A DNA stretch of 64,000 bases from Vicugna vicugna (lineage: Eukaryota). A program made the position numbers and the translations under genes. The stretch covers positions 1,116,001-1,180,000 of the forward strand of contig MU058718.1 of assembly GCA_013265495.1 (NCBI GenBank), written 5' to 3'. Of this stretch, positions 25,963 through 38,999 are shown in pieces (within the stretch, counting starts at the first letter, position 1; every line of letters starts with the position of its first letter). The notes below the pieces were generated by a model. It was given only the letters and a program-made list of their open reading frames with translations. It was not told the origin of the DNA and ran no database searches.

Positions 25963-26402
25963 TGTAGTAGATTCTGTAATGTGCCACCCGAATTTCTCAC
26001 ACCCGCTTAAAGACTGAGGCACTCATTTCCCCAGCTGCTCCAGTGCTGCCTGCAAATGGCTTACAGCTGAGTTCTTCACCAGGTATGGCTGTCAGCTGAA
26101 TGGCGCTGCCTCTTCTAAGCTACACTCCTCCCTGGGGAAGCCCACGTTCAATGGCTTGTCAGTACAGGGGTACATACAAAAGCACAGCTTTCTAGCCTCA
26201 AGTCAGGACCTTTCTCAAGGGACATCCCAGTTTCATAGTCCCTAGGGAATCTGTTAGGGTCTCTGTTGCACCTCTGCCTGGCCCTGCTCCCCTTACTCCT
26301 TCTAGCTGCTGTTTCTGAGAGAATTCCCTATGCATGTTGTTACCAAGAACATGAAAATCTCTGCCTAAGAAACTGTTTCCCAAAGGAACCCAGTCTATGA
26401 CC
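25963..26402 (+). mobile_element. 3' LTR of ERV-L (LTR16C-like)
   Basis: tgtagtagattctgtaatgtgccaccc..gactgaggcactcatttccccagctgct..ctgtttcccaaaggaaccc; preceded by decayed PPT-position aaggtgtac. Confidence 0.85.
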
Positions 26403-26409
26403 GTGAAGA

Positions 26410-26860
26410 TCATAGGAAAGATGAGAAACAGAGATAAACAAAAGATACAAATCCTCTATAATTCTGTCACCACCCTTTAAAACCTTAGTGCATTTCCATC
26501 TAGTCTCTTTTGTATGAATATGTATACATACATATATATTGTAGACTTTATAAGTAGGTTCTTTTTACCATGCATACTGTTTTTATACCTTGCCTTTTAA
26601 ACTTAATACACTGTGAATATCTTACATCCTTCTTTTATATAGCAACACTCTTAGCTGCTGTGTAATACATAATATGGATATACCAATATCTTATTGTGTG
26701 CTTTCTAATTTTTCATTATTATAAATAATGCTGAAATAATCATCTTTATAGCTAAGTCTTTTCCTACCCATGGTTTTATATATATAAATCCAGAATTGTT
26801 GATCAAAAGCTATGGATAGCTATGTAAAATCAAAACTACCCTCTAGGTAGATTACAGGAT
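26410..26860 (-). mobile_element. Very old L1ME 3' fragment
   Basis: tttctaatttttcattattataaataatgctgaaataatcatcttt..gaattgttgatcaaa. Confidence 0.6.
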
Positions 26861-28399
26861 CAATTCTTTAAAATATGCTGTGTCTTGATCCTCAGTCCTC
26901 TAGTACTGGCATGCAATGTGTTGACAAAAATGGTTTTAATCTTTTACTTGAGAGTATATAGGCCCCATTTTATATATGTAAGTTTACTTAGGGAAGTTTA
27001 TTCCTAATATTTCATCCAGCATGTGAGGTACCAAGGTGTGTGGATTTCTCCCCATTTTTCAATTGTTTGTTTTAACCAGAAGGGAGGGCAGTTTAAGAAC
27101 CTATCCTTTTATAACATAAGTTAACTCCCAGTCCCCCTGATACCCTTTACCTCTATATTTAAATAATTTCTAAATTTGAAAAGAATTGCCCAGAGCTATA
27201 CTATTGTTCCCCAGAAGGAACAATTGGGAGACATGAAAGGATGGAGAGGACACCCTTAGCCAGAGGCAGAGCCCTCTTTCTAATTAATGAACTTCTTGGA
27301 GGAGAGCTTAAGTAATTGGCTTTGAGGTTGTTTCCACTGCCTTTAAAGGACAATTGCAGGGCTCATCAAGATGTGCCAAATGTTTATAGAGTGCCTTTTT
27401 GGATGAGTGTGTGTTTTAAATAAGTGAACTTAAAGGGGCCTGTAACTCACTTAAATTACACCAAGATGGTACACTGGGGACAGGATATAACTTCCAGTTG
27501 AAATTCCTTCATCTCTGGTTTAGTCTTAATTTTATAGATAACAAAAGCCATCACTGGAAGAACTTTAACCAGTTGTGTTCAAATGTTCTTCAGATGGGAC
27601 ACAGGCTGCAGGCTATCCCCAAGCTTATTGGTTCAGATCTGTTTTCTTCTCGACGCAAAAGTTTGGCATGTGTTGGTCCAATGAGTACATACAGTTTGTC
27701 TCTTGAGCTCCTCTCTGGACAGAAGGAAAACCTGGCTAAGTGAATGCCATACCCTTGTCGCCTGGAAACCCTGGTGCTGCCTGCTCAGCATAAGAAATTC
27801 AGCTACAGGATTTCAGAGAGGCTTATGCTGTAATTCCCCTTCCTTCCTCCCAGGTGAAGCTCAGTCCGTAGTTTCCTGAGACTGGGCTCTTGATCCAGCC
27901 TAAGGCACCAGGTTTGAAAGCTTCAATGAAGAACACGCTTGGCTGAGGCACTGAGAGGAGCTGTGTGACTCTGAGATGCAGTGAGGGGGTTTCATTATAG
28001 AATATGGGAGTTATGGAACAGAACTCAGAAATGTTCAGAGAAAGGAAGGCCTGGACATGCAGTGAGAAACAGGAGCCAGCCTGAAATTCCACTGTACCCT
28101 GCCAGTAAGTGAGAAAGGGAAGACTAGTGGATGAAGATGGAGAACTCTCACCTAGTCTTTTCTTTGCCTCTAACAAATTGTGTGGTCTTGGGTAAGCTTT
28201 GGTCTTCAAATGTTGTAACATGAAGAATTCAGACAAGAAAACCAGTAGGGTCGTTTTCATTTAAAGTTCTAAAATTCTCTCATTTTATTTCTAAGAATAT
28301 GTTCAAATTATGTCTAATTGTCCTTAAGATTTCAGGCACTTTTCGTATTTGAACTGTGGACCTGTGTTTGCTCCCGTATCTTAAATCTTAATGAGTTAA

Positions 28400-29988
28400 C
28401 TCATTTTAAGATTACTGCCCACTTCTCTCCTCTCTCTCTTCTTTACTCTGAACACCTATGGACACCACCTTCTTCATCACAGTGCTCAAAATCACAGCAG
28501 GAAGATGACCCCAGACCTCATGCAGGCTCTGAGCGCCTCCCACGGGTACTGTTGCATCTCCCTGTTCCGATCTTTCCCCTACTTCTTTAGGCAGCTGTTT
28601 CACATCCTTTCATCTTTCTTTGAACCATCCAAACCTTTCCCTCATCTGAACTCTCAGCTAATAAACCTGCATCCTATTTTTCTGAGAAAACAGAAGCAGA
28701 AGAGGATTTATACAAGAGCCCATTGCCTCATCTACCCACTTACCTGCACCTTTGCCTTTATATTCTGCCTCTCCTCCTGTTAGGGTGTGTGAATAATCTA
28801 CATGTTAATCTAAGGCTAAATCCTATGCCTGTGCACTGGACCCCATCTCCTCTTGCCTACTCAAGAATATTGCTTCAGCAATTGTCCCCTTCCCCAACTC
28901 ACGTCAATTTTTCCTCTGTAAATAGATCATTTCCAGTTCTTAGAGGTTGAGGAGAAAAGGAGGAACTTCTTCTCTTCTGTATGAACCCACTTTCTAGGTG
29001 ATCTCATCCAGCCTCATGACTTTAAATTCATATCTACGCTGATGACTCTGAAATATTTGTCCCCCACCCAGAAATTTCCTCTTACCTTCAGACTCATTTA
29101 GCTAACTACCTGTTCTACATATGTATCTGATAGGCATCTCAAACTGAATATATATAAAGCTACACTCCTGATTTTTTCCCCTATCTCTAAATCTGTGCTT
29201 CTCATATAGCCGTTGCTTCACAGTGTGTGTCATCTCCATCCCTCTAGTTGCTGAGACCAAAACCCTTGGAGACATGAAAACTTGTGCTTATATTGTATCC
29301 TGTTCTCTACCATAAAAATATATCCAGAATTCCACCATTTCTTACCACCTCCACTCCTGTTTTCATAGTCTTTCTGATTGGCCTCCTTGAGTCTATTCTT
29401 ACAACCAATTATATTCTCAACACAGCAGATAGAACAATCATTAAAACTTTAAGTCAGATTATGTGACTCCTTTGCTCACAACTACCTTGGGGGTTCTTAT
29501 CTGGTTCGTAATATAAAACCCAAAGTTCTTACAGTGACCCATGAAGTCTCTAAATTTTCTCTGCACACCTTCCCCCGCTAATACTTCTCTAGCCTCATCT
29601 CCCACACTGCCCTTTATTCCCTCCACTTCAGCTGCATTGGCCTTCTTCCAGTTCCTCTTCAGTACCTTTGCACATGCTGTTCCCTTGGCTTAGCATGCTC
29701 TTCCTGCAGGTAACCACAGGGCTCACTATTTCGTCACATAGGAAATAGACACGCACCCTACACTCCTTTTTTTTTAACCCTATCTAATCTTTCACTGTAA
29801 CATTTTATCACCATCTGACATGTATCTACTTTAAAATATTTCTATTGTTTGTCTTCCCTCACTAGAGTAGACGCTTCACAAGGGCAAGGGTTTGTTCTCT
29901 TCTTTTCATTGCTGAGTTCCCAGTGCCTACACCTGGATTTGGCATATAGACAGTACACTGATTTGTTGCATAAATGTGTGAATGAATT
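28400..29988 (+). mobile_element. L2 (L2a-like) LINE, 3' 1.6 kb
   Basis: ggtgatctcatccagcctcatgactttaaa..ctacgctgatgactct (YADD RT remnant); 3' end ttgtcttccctcactagagt..gtgaatgaat. Confidence 0.88.
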
Positions 29989-30479
29989 GGGATGTTCTTG
30001 TCAATCCCACGGGTTTTGGAGAAACTGAATTGGGAGACATAGGAAGGGAGGTCTAGGGGCTTGGCTCAGCTGGGAGCCATGTTATCCATGTATCATCTGT
30101 GAATATGCTGAAGGAAGTGTGAGATGGCATAGCTTAGCTAGGAAACAAGACAGTGCTGAAACTCAGGGAGGTAGATTCTCATTTTGAAGGTTTGATGTGG
30201 TGACTCAGTGATGGATAGGGCTTGCATCAGGCATAATAGACTTCTCTACTCAGGCTAATTTACTTGGCCATGCCCTTCAATATAATCATAATTTAGTAAT
30301 ATGCACTTGCCAAAAGATTGCTTTGTGCAGGTGCTCCTGCATTAGCTTGTGAGTTTGCACATGTTCCCTATAGCATGCCAGATGACAGAAATTCAGAAAC
30401 CACGATGGCCCATTCGACACAAGATTCCCTGGCCAACAATAATCCAAGGGAACTAGGTCAAAGCAGGTACGTACACTTG

Positions 30480-30770
30480 ATAGCACATTGTCATTTTTAA
30501 GACTAGATCTCCAATTCAAACTAGCTTAAACAAACAAAAAAAAGGGATTTTTTTGGTTCAAATAACTTGGAAGTTTACTGTGTATTTTTAGGTACAGCTA
30601 GATTGCGGGACTCAAATGAAATAATTTTGTGTATATCCCTTGGATTCTTCTTTTCTGTGTTGGCTTCATTCTCAAACAGGCTCCCTACAAATGATGGCAA
30701 AGATAGCTTCAGATAGTTCCAAGCTTATGTGGTCTCCCAGCCTACCACAATTCCATGAAGTTGGCAAGGG
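30480..30770 (-). mobile_element. Old MaLR LTR (MLT1K/L-like)
   Basis: caattcaaactagcttaaacaa..ggtacagctagattgcgggactcaaatg..gttggcttcattctc. Confidence 0.6.
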
Positions 30771-31484
30771 GCAGGCCATAAAAAAGAAGCAAATCAGAGC
30801 AAATCAAAAAGTAACATTGCTTCTCTTCTAATGGCCACTTGTGAAGTTGATTTATTCAAAAAATTTAAATGTATTTTTATTTCCTTGAAGTCATTGACAT
30901 AGATTTGTCATTTTAGATTCAGCTGTCTCTGATTACCATGTTTCTTAGAACTCCAGTTTTGTTTCCTCTGTAGCTCTTTCTGGCATAATGTTATTGTTCC
31001 TAAGAGCATTGATGAGGCTTTGGAAACTTTAGACTAAACACAATTGAAATGCTAGTTAGCCCCTTTGGTGCTGCTGTTGTGTCCTGATGAAAATTATACG
31101 GACTGGGGCAGTGTCTCTGGGATCTGATGCAAGCAGTGTGGTCTTCACCGCAGAAACAGGCCTCACACCCTCCATCAACCAAAATCAAAGATTAGTCAAA
31201 CTCTGCTCCAAAGTGAGATGCAGCTTGAGAACAAACTCACAGTCAGTCAATTCTGCAAGCATTTCAGTCACAAGGTTTGGGACTGGTCAGTCTGAGTTCT
31301 TCTTTTAACATGGACCTGGGCTGTCCTTTCCTCAGTGTGCTTGATCCAGGGAGAGGAATGGGAATCTTAACCTTGTTCTTGAGGCAGATTGACCTTTGCC
31401 ATCGTAAAGTCACTGTTCTGCTCATCCCTAGTGAGCTCTGGGTGGAGACTTTCACGTGAGAGGTGAAGGAAATGGAGAGATAAG

Positions 31485-32455
31485 ACAGGTCAAGGTTTAA
31501 AGTTGGAAGCAGCAAAACTAATTCTGCTAATTTAAGTAGGGAAAGAGTTTATAAGAAAATATTTATTGGGTGGCCCACAAGATCACTGGAATGGCTAGAG
31601 ATCCAGGCCCAGAAAATCAGCAGGAACATAAATTTTGTGAGTTGAGTTGTGACCCCCTAAAAGACATGTTGAAGTCCTAATCCCCAATACCTATGAAGGT
31701 GACCTTATTAGGAAATAGGGTCATTGTAGATATAATCAAATAAAAAATGTGGTCATACTGGATTAGGGTGGTCTCTGATTCAGTGATTGGCATCTTTGTA
31801 AGAGAAAGGCATGGGAGATTTATACAGAGACATAGGAGAGACACAGGCAAGAGGGCCATGAGAAGATAGATGCAGAGATTGGAGTGATGCCACTCCAAGC
31901 AAATGGAACACCAAGGCTTGCCAGCAACTACCAGAAGCTAGAAGAGGCCAGAAGGAATCTTCCCTATTGCCTTCCGAGAGAACATGGCTCTGCCGATATC
32001 TTGGTTTTAGACTTCTAGCCTCTAGAACTGTGAAAGAATAAATTTCTGTTGTTTTAAACTACCCAGCTTGTGGTGCTTTGTTAATGGCAGTCCTAGGAAA
32101 CTAACACAACGAGGAAGCATTACAGGGAGAGCCTCAGCCAAAATCATACGCAGGAAGAGTCTTCACATGTGATCGTGCTCCGCTGCTGCTGGTACTGATG
32201 CTGGTGCCACTGACAGTGCTGCCTTCTCCTCAGGCCCAGGGTGAATCCTCCAGTCTCCTTATTTCTTTATATGCAAGTTCTAGGTAGGGCTGTCTGACTG
32301 GGTAAAGTCTGGGTCACCTGTCCATCCCCGGCTGAGGAGGAGAGAGAAAACAAGAATCTGGGAATTTGGGAAGTTGCAAAGTGGGTCCTTCCCAAAGATA
32401 GAAAGGAGCTTTAGATGCTGGGCAGCAACAACAACAACAACAAAACTCACTGTGA
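31485..32455 (-). mobile_element. Old MLT1 LTR split by MLT1C
   Basis: ggaagcagcaaaactaattctgctaatttaag..tggctagagatccaggc; resumes cagccaaaatcat..gatgctgggcagcaacaac. Confidence 0.6.
31634..32108 (+). mobile_element. MaLR solo LTR (MLT1C-like), near full length
   Basis: gagttgagttgtgaccccctaaaagacatgttgaagtcctaatcccc..gaataaatttctgttgttttaa..cctaggaaactaacaca. Confidence 0.92.
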
Positions 32456-32769
32456 CATGTGTATGACACGTGTATGGAAGAAAACAGCTGTTTTAAAATG
32501 TGATAAGTTGCAAATAATAATAGTGATAATGCAGTCTGGGAATAATTTGCATTTTGGCCTAAACTGGAGGTATTACAAATTTATCTTTATGTCCTCGTAG
32601 ATTCCCGCTAGAAGTCTGGGTATATTGTATATATCTCCATGGCACATACATGAGACTGTCACATTTGAAAATGCCATTTGCCAAGCATCTCTGCAAAATA
32701 CAAGGTAGCTGTATATTGATGTAGAGTTTGTGTCACCACAAGGCTGGGCAGGCTGTGAAGAAGGGCAGA

Positions 32770-33010
32770 GGCACTGCGCACGCGCGGGGAGTGCAGGCTC
32801 CGGAGCAGACCTCTGGGGCCTGAGCCCTGGCTCTACCACTTACACACACACACTGTCATTCGGCCATGTTTTAACCTCTTAAAGCCTCAGTTTCCCTGTT
32901 TGCCAAATGGGGATAATAATACCTGGGTTGTAGTGTTGTGAGGATTAAATGAGGTAAGCCACAAAAAGGTACTTGGTGCTAGTATATCGTAAGCACTCAA
33001 TGTTAGCTAA
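32770..33010 (+). mobile_element. MIR SINE
   Basis: ccctggctctaccactt..gcctcagtttccctgtttgccaaatggggataataatacc..gttgtgaggattaaatgag. Confidence 0.85.
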
Positions 33011-33724
33011 TATCTCCTTACCAAGTTCTGAGCTTCGGTGAAGTTGTCCTTGTCCTTTTGGGGGTAACATTTCTGAGCACCAAATTGATCAAAAACCAAA
33101 AAAAGTGTTCAAAGAGCAAAAGTATTAGGATTTTACTTATACCATCTGCATGAAAATGTTTCTCTGGGAGCTTTGCCCCCCCCCATCCAGAACCAAAGAT
33201 ACTCAGATGGTCCCCGGCCTCCAGGGGCAGGGGCCACAATGAATGCTTTGCACATATTAGATGTTCAATAAATATTTGCTGAGGGTACTGGGCAAGGCAT
33301 GCAAAGTGCTTGCCAGTTACACTACCGATCCTAGAGAGCCTCGTTGCCTGCCATATCCCCATTTCTTTCTGAAGATTTCTTATATTTAGCTTGTCCTATA
33401 CTATAGTGTAGTTTAAGTCAAATCCTGACCATGGAAGCCAGTCCATAAGTTTCGCTTGTCTACCTCAGAGGAGGCTTTGTGCAAAGGCAGAGTCCTCCTT
33501 GAAGAGGTTTAGTGGATGGTAACTAATTGAACCAATCAAATCCACTCTAGGGGACTACTAACAGGAACTTGTAGAGAGAGCCAGAGGTTGGTAGTGGGAG
33601 CCAAATTCAAAAAGTATACAGAGCAGAGCTAAAGTTAGCTGAATCCAGAAGCAGATGCTTGAGGGAGAGAGAACTAATGAATTGGTTCTTTGTTGGCAGC
33701 AGACATAAAGGCAGGTGCAAACCA

Positions 33725-33880
33725 GTGCTTACATGATTATCTCATTTAAAACTCATAATAACCCAAGGAGATAGTTGACATGCATAAGGCTACTGAGGCT
33801 TAGGGAGTTGGGTGTCCTGTTAAAGGTCCTGAAGTTAGAAGGGCTGAGTTGGATTTGTACCTAGACCAGCCTAGAAGCAG
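33725..33880 (-). mobile_element. MIR relic
   Basis: attatctcatttaaaactcataataaccc..actgaggcttagggagtt. Confidence 0.65.
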
Positions 33881-34099
33881 AGGCAGAGTGGCTGAAGCCA
33901 CACAGGGCAGAGTCAGGAATGCCTGCTACTGGGGTGCAGCTATAGACCTTGTGCTACCATAGCTGGGTCGCAAGTCATCTTTCAGGCCTGTTCTGCTGGG
34001 AGGCCCAGCTATGACTTCACCTTCACTGGTTCTGTGTATAATAAATGCCCCACCAAGGAAGGAAACAAGGAAACCTGAAAGGCTCTTATTCCCTGCAGC

Positions 34100-34430
34100 C
34101 TCTCTACTCAAGGTGGGGTCCAGGAACAGCAGATTTAGCATTGCCCTGACTCATTAGAAATGCTTTCTGGGGCTTCCTCCGGACCTCCTGAATCAGAGTT
34201 AAGTCTTCTAACAAGATACAAGTGTAACCGGCATGTACATTGAAGTTTGACAAGCACTTCTCTGAAACATTACTTGTCATACACAACTGCACACTGGAGT
34301 TTTAACAAATTTAGTTGCCTGGGTCCCCAGCCATGGGTCCCACTGATTTAGTTGGTGTGGGCTGTGGCCTGGGCACCACAACCATTAGCTCTCCCAGTGA
34401 TTCTAGTGTACAGTCAAGGTTGAGAACTCC
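34100..34430. mobile_element. Two adjacent MER5-type hAT-Charlie MITEs in opposite orientation
   Basis: ctactcaaggtggggtcc..ttagaaatgc..tacattgaagtttgacaagcact; ctcccagtgattctagtgtacagtcaaggttgagaac. Confidence 0.75.
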
Positions 34431-34961
34431 TAACTCTAAAACCTCTTGATACGCAAGGGCCTGAGACATGATCTGAATGGAGACAGTGGAATCATGAATG
34501 TCAGTCAAAGTGAACACAGATTTGTTCACCAAATCACAGATGACTAAAAGCACTTGAAGCTAGAGAAGGATTATTAAGCATAGCATAAAATGAGTGTGAT
34601 GACATTAAAATTTCTATGGATAACAGCGTCTAGCCGTTTCTCCTGCCTGCTGCAGAGGACCTTGCTTGTTCATGTTTTTTTCCCTTGCCTGCCCTCAAAT
34701 GAGGCTTCTGGCTCTTGTGTGCTTAAATTATATAGACTTGTGAGGAAAAAGGGGAGAGGTAGGAGACAGAAGGTAATGGCCAGGGTAGAGTTTTAAGAAG
34801 TTTAGGGGTAGCTTTGGAAGAGAGTGATGTTGGTGAGTGTAGGTTTTAAGAAAACTGGGAGGAGGATTAAAAAGTGTATGGTAAAAAGTATATGGGATTT
34901 TTATGGATTAGAGTCTCATTAGCATTTTTAAGACATACAAGAAAAGCACTGAATTTCTTTT

Positions 34962-35275
34962 TTAATAAGTTATTGTGGTAAAATACACATTAAAAAATTA
35001 AAATGGTAAATTTTATGTTATGTATACTACTCAGTGGCATTAAGTGTATTCACATTGTTGTGAAACCATCACAACTATCCACTTCCAGAACTTCTTCATC
35101 CAAACAGAAACTTGACCCACTAAGTAATAACTCCCCATTTCCCGTCCTCCCCCACCAGCCCCTGGTAACTACTGTTCTTTTTGTCTCTATGCATTTGGTT
35201 ATTCTAGGTAGGTACCTCATACAAGTGGAATCACAGAATATTTGTCCTTTTGTGTCATTTATTTCATTTAGTATA
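34962..35275 (-). mobile_element. Short L1MA/MB 3'-end insertion with intact 12-bp TSD
   Basis: ttattgtggtaaaatacacat..gtggcattaagtgtattcacattgttgtg; tgaatttctttt at 34950 and 35276. Confidence 0.9.
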
Positions 35276-35984
35276 TGAATTTCTTTTATAATTTTTTTTA
35301 CCTCTTAGACTACGCTTTATAAGTTATGACCTATTTGGGAACTGAACCATGCATGTCTTGGCTTTTTTAGGGCTGTATTAGTGTAGTGCTGCTTTTCTTG
35401 ATGGGAATTGAACTTAGGAAATGATTATACTAAGAGGTAAGCCAGGCTAAAAATAAAAATAGGTTCAGAAAAGGTTGAGATAACCTTCTTGATGACAGAG
35501 CAGGCTTTTCAGGAAGACAGATATCTGAGGTTGACAGCCTGTGACACTGCGTATAATTGCTTCATCCAGTTCCCTAACAAAGGCATTTTGGTATTTCTGG
35601 TTGAGAGTGGATCACATGCTGTTTACCTACTTCCATTTTCAGCTTCTTCCAAAACTAAAATGCTGTTTTAACAACCAGTGCCCCCTCTTTTTGGCTATGG
35701 AGAGGTTGGTTGATTTGGTTTTTGTAAACAAAGAAGTTAATGTGATGAGACCAGGCTTGTTTTTTTGTTTGTTTGTTTTGTTTTGTTTTAGAAAAATCTG
35801 CTTTAGATCTCATGAGTAATCCTTAAAACATATCAGTCATTTCTAAAGTGACCACTTGGGCTTTATCCCACAACTGCTGAAGAACAGGAAGTTGGAAGGA
35901 CATCACCATTTTCTTTCAGAGTATTTTAGAACATTTACAATCAACCTGTGAAACCTTTCAGAAAGTACTCAAATAAATTGTCAT

Positions 35985-36140
35985 CTACTAGTTATCTGAC
36001 TTTGGACAGATTGTTTAACATTGTTGACTCAATTTTTTTATTTTGAAAGTGTGAACGGTTATGCCTAGGGAAGAAGATTGTGCAAAGAATTCAAGGAGCT
36101 AGCATCTACATAGAAAGCCCTCAATAAATTGTAGTTGTCA
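35985..36140 (+). mobile_element. MIR relic
   Basis: tactagttatctgactttggacagattgtttaac..ctcaataaattgtagtt. Confidence 0.5.
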
Positions 36141-37399
36141 TTTATCTGTGTTGGTTCTATGCAACAATGATATATAATCTTTGCAGGCATCTACACATGT
36201 GGTAGAATTTGAAGTTTCTTTGGCAAAGAAGTTCATCAGTATTGCTAATAATATTTCTGTTGAGATAGTAGCATATTTTTGTCTTCGTTTGAATTCACTA
36301 GAAGCAGAGTCTGAGATAAGTATTCAGCTGTTCTTTGGTAATGAAAGAAACAGGATGGGGGGTAGCCAATAAAATATGTGATTTCAGAGGAAGATTAGCC
36401 TTACAGCTTGGTGTTGAGAGCAAGAGTGGGGTGTGTAGGGAGGGGGAGCCTCTGGAGTATAAATCCAACCACAGCATCATCCCAGGCAGCAGTGCAGGCT
36501 CTCATTCTATAAGGGACCAGTTGAGGACTCTTAAAACTTTTATGGAAAGTTTGTGGAACTATCAAAAATAGCTGTTTGCTGTGACATCTGTGTCCACTAA
36601 CTTTAAAATGGCTGTGCAGTAGATTCTCTTTAACCAACTCAGTGATGAATCAAACCAAAATTGCCCCGCAATGAAAAACAAAGCATTTATTTGTTCATGA
36701 ATTTAACTACTATTTCTTAAACATATATTAGGGGCTTAGAGCTGTACTAGGCACTGAAATCATGGCCAAAACAGTAAAAAATTATCAATGGAAGTTTTTA
36801 AGTTACTTAAAAAATAAACAGTTAGAAACAAGATAGCAATAACCATTTCCTCCAGGCTTTTCAGTAAAGTACCTAAACTGCTGAATGAAACCTGGTGTTT
36901 AAACAGAATTTTTGAAAAGGGATGCTAAAACTTGTTTAAATTAGTTCTTTACATAGATAGTTAAACTTGGAAAGTTGAAACATTAGCAACAAAAGTGATA
37001 CCCTGTTCCTGCTTCAACTATTTCTGATAGGAAATCAGCGGGAATTTGTGGTAGCTGAGGTAGGGCTTTGGAAATAGGTAAATCAAAAATATACCCTTTG
37101 AAACTGATCTAGAGGTAAGTGGTTTCTTAACATAAAAATATGTAACTCTGGCTTACATCTGTTGAGTGATAATTTTACATACCATAATAAAGGGTTCTTG
37201 CAGGAGAATACAAAGAACTGAAAAATTTTATTTCAACTCAAGTTGCTGCCCTTGAGTATATTTGGTGAGATCAACAAGACATATGCAAACAAAAGTAGAA
37301 AAAAATCTACAAACTTCCTATAACCTTTTTATTACCAAGCCCAGATATTTGGGAATGGTAATTTGGTGTACTCCATGGCGGCCAGCTGAGAAGTACATG

Positions 37400-37910
37400 T
37401 CTGTCACGGTTCTTTGTTCAAAAGCATCAGAAATGAGCTTTGGGTAACTTAAGCAGAGGGAGACTTTATTGGAAGGATATATGATAGTTCTTAGAATGAA
37501 AGAGAAATCTTAGGTGCCTGGCTTGGAAAGGACAGGAATCATGATGGAGAAATCCCAAGATCTAGGAAACAAAAATGGATGGTCTCTCTTTAGAACATCT
37601 CTGCTAGGTTGAATCCACTTCTGGCATTTTTTAGCCTATAACATTTTACTTGAGACCCAAGTCCCTGGGAAAAGATATTGCATTGACTCATAGAATGAAT
37701 CTAGCCAGAGGAGGGCTGGACTCACTCATTGACTCAGTCAACAATGTATCTGTTGGTCTCTACTACTACATGCGGGGCACCTGAAATACACAACTTGACT
37801 GACAGCCCCAGTACTCAGCCCCATTCAGTGGGGGAAGGATCATCTCCTAAGTAAGTAAGGGTGGAGCTGGTGGGCTTGTTTGGTACATGCAGAAGTATCA
37901 GTCCTACAAC
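37400..37910 (-). mobile_element. Old MLT1 LTR
   Basis: ggttctttgttcaaaagcatcagaaatgagctttgggtaacttaagcaga..tttattggaaggatat. Confidence 0.6.
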
Positions 37911-37964
37911 TGACTTTTTCTCTCCTCTATCATTCGTATTCCCATTCTGTCAGTGATTTACTAA

Positions 37965-38640
37965 TCTTTATAATACTTTTTCTTCTTCCAGTACAGGGTC
38001 AAATCTAGGGTCTGGTATTGCATTTGGCTATCATCTCTTTAGCCTTCTTTAATCTCGAACATTTCCATAATCTTTTGTCTTTTATGCCATTCACACTATT
38101 GAAGAATATAGTCCTCACTACAGCCCCTCCTCGGCCTTTTGAAAACTAGATTATTCTTCATTTTTGGTTTGCCTGATTATTTCCTTGTGATTAGATCAAA
38201 GTGATGCATTCAAGGCCAGAGTACCACGCAGGGAATGTCGTGTCCTTTGAGGGGTATCCTATCTGTTTGCATCAGTAATGTTAATTTTGATGAAGGTGTT
38301 ATCCAAATTCTCTAAATTCTCCATTGTATAATTATTGTTTTTTCTCCTCACTCTTGCGAATAATAAGCAGTCCCTAGAGGAGACACATTTAAGATGATAC
38401 AAAAATATCCTTGTCCTCATTAAAATTTTCTCCTAGATGTAGCATCCATTGATAAGTCTTGTCTGAGCCAATCTTCACTATAGTCAAGGATTCCCTTCCC
38501 CCCACCTTTAATTATTATTTACTATCTGTTTATTATTGGTATGGACTTGTGAATTCCCATTTTTAGTGGTTTATATTTCATTGCTATACTTATTTCTTTT
38601 GGTACTCAAATTTACATATTCTTATTTATGTAAAATATCA
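37965..38640 (-). mobile_element. L1MC-type 3' fragment
   Basis: gtattgcatttggctatcatctctttagccttctttaatct..ttagcatccattgataagtcttgtctgagccaat. Confidence 0.7.
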
Positions 38641-38999
38641 GGCAAATGTAGCTTTATGCAGCTTACCCACCTCAGTCAGATAACGACCCCTCAGCCCCTT
38701 CTGTGTAGAAATTCTGGAGCCAACACTGTGTGTATGTGGCATATGTATACATATTTAGATATTTAGATATGAATTGATTAAAGCACACAAAAAATGATAG
38801 CAGGGCCTAGCTTTGGTCTACTTTGAGAGAAGGAGACTGGGGGACAGAGGTTTGAGGTTGGAGAAAAATTTAATTTTCACTTCTGTAGGATTTGAATTTA
38901 AAAAATCAGGTACGTGTACTAAATTATCAATTTAAAAAAGTTTGTTTTCTTACTGAGTCATGAGCAAAACCAGATTAATTTGCTACTGTGGAACACATT

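Larger units (their letters stand above)
19068..26402 (+). mobile_element. Ancient ERV-L provirus (LTR16/ERV3-16A3-type): 5' LTR stub, decayed gag-pol, 3' LTR; interrupted by L1
   Basis: LTR end ggaacctcacctatgaca (19143) resembles ggaacccagtctatgacc (26402); pol remnant IPEGIVEISANLKDLKDAGI (23845-24150) matches ERV-L RT N-terminus; cagtttgcattcacatgg = QFAFTW. Confidence 0.88.
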
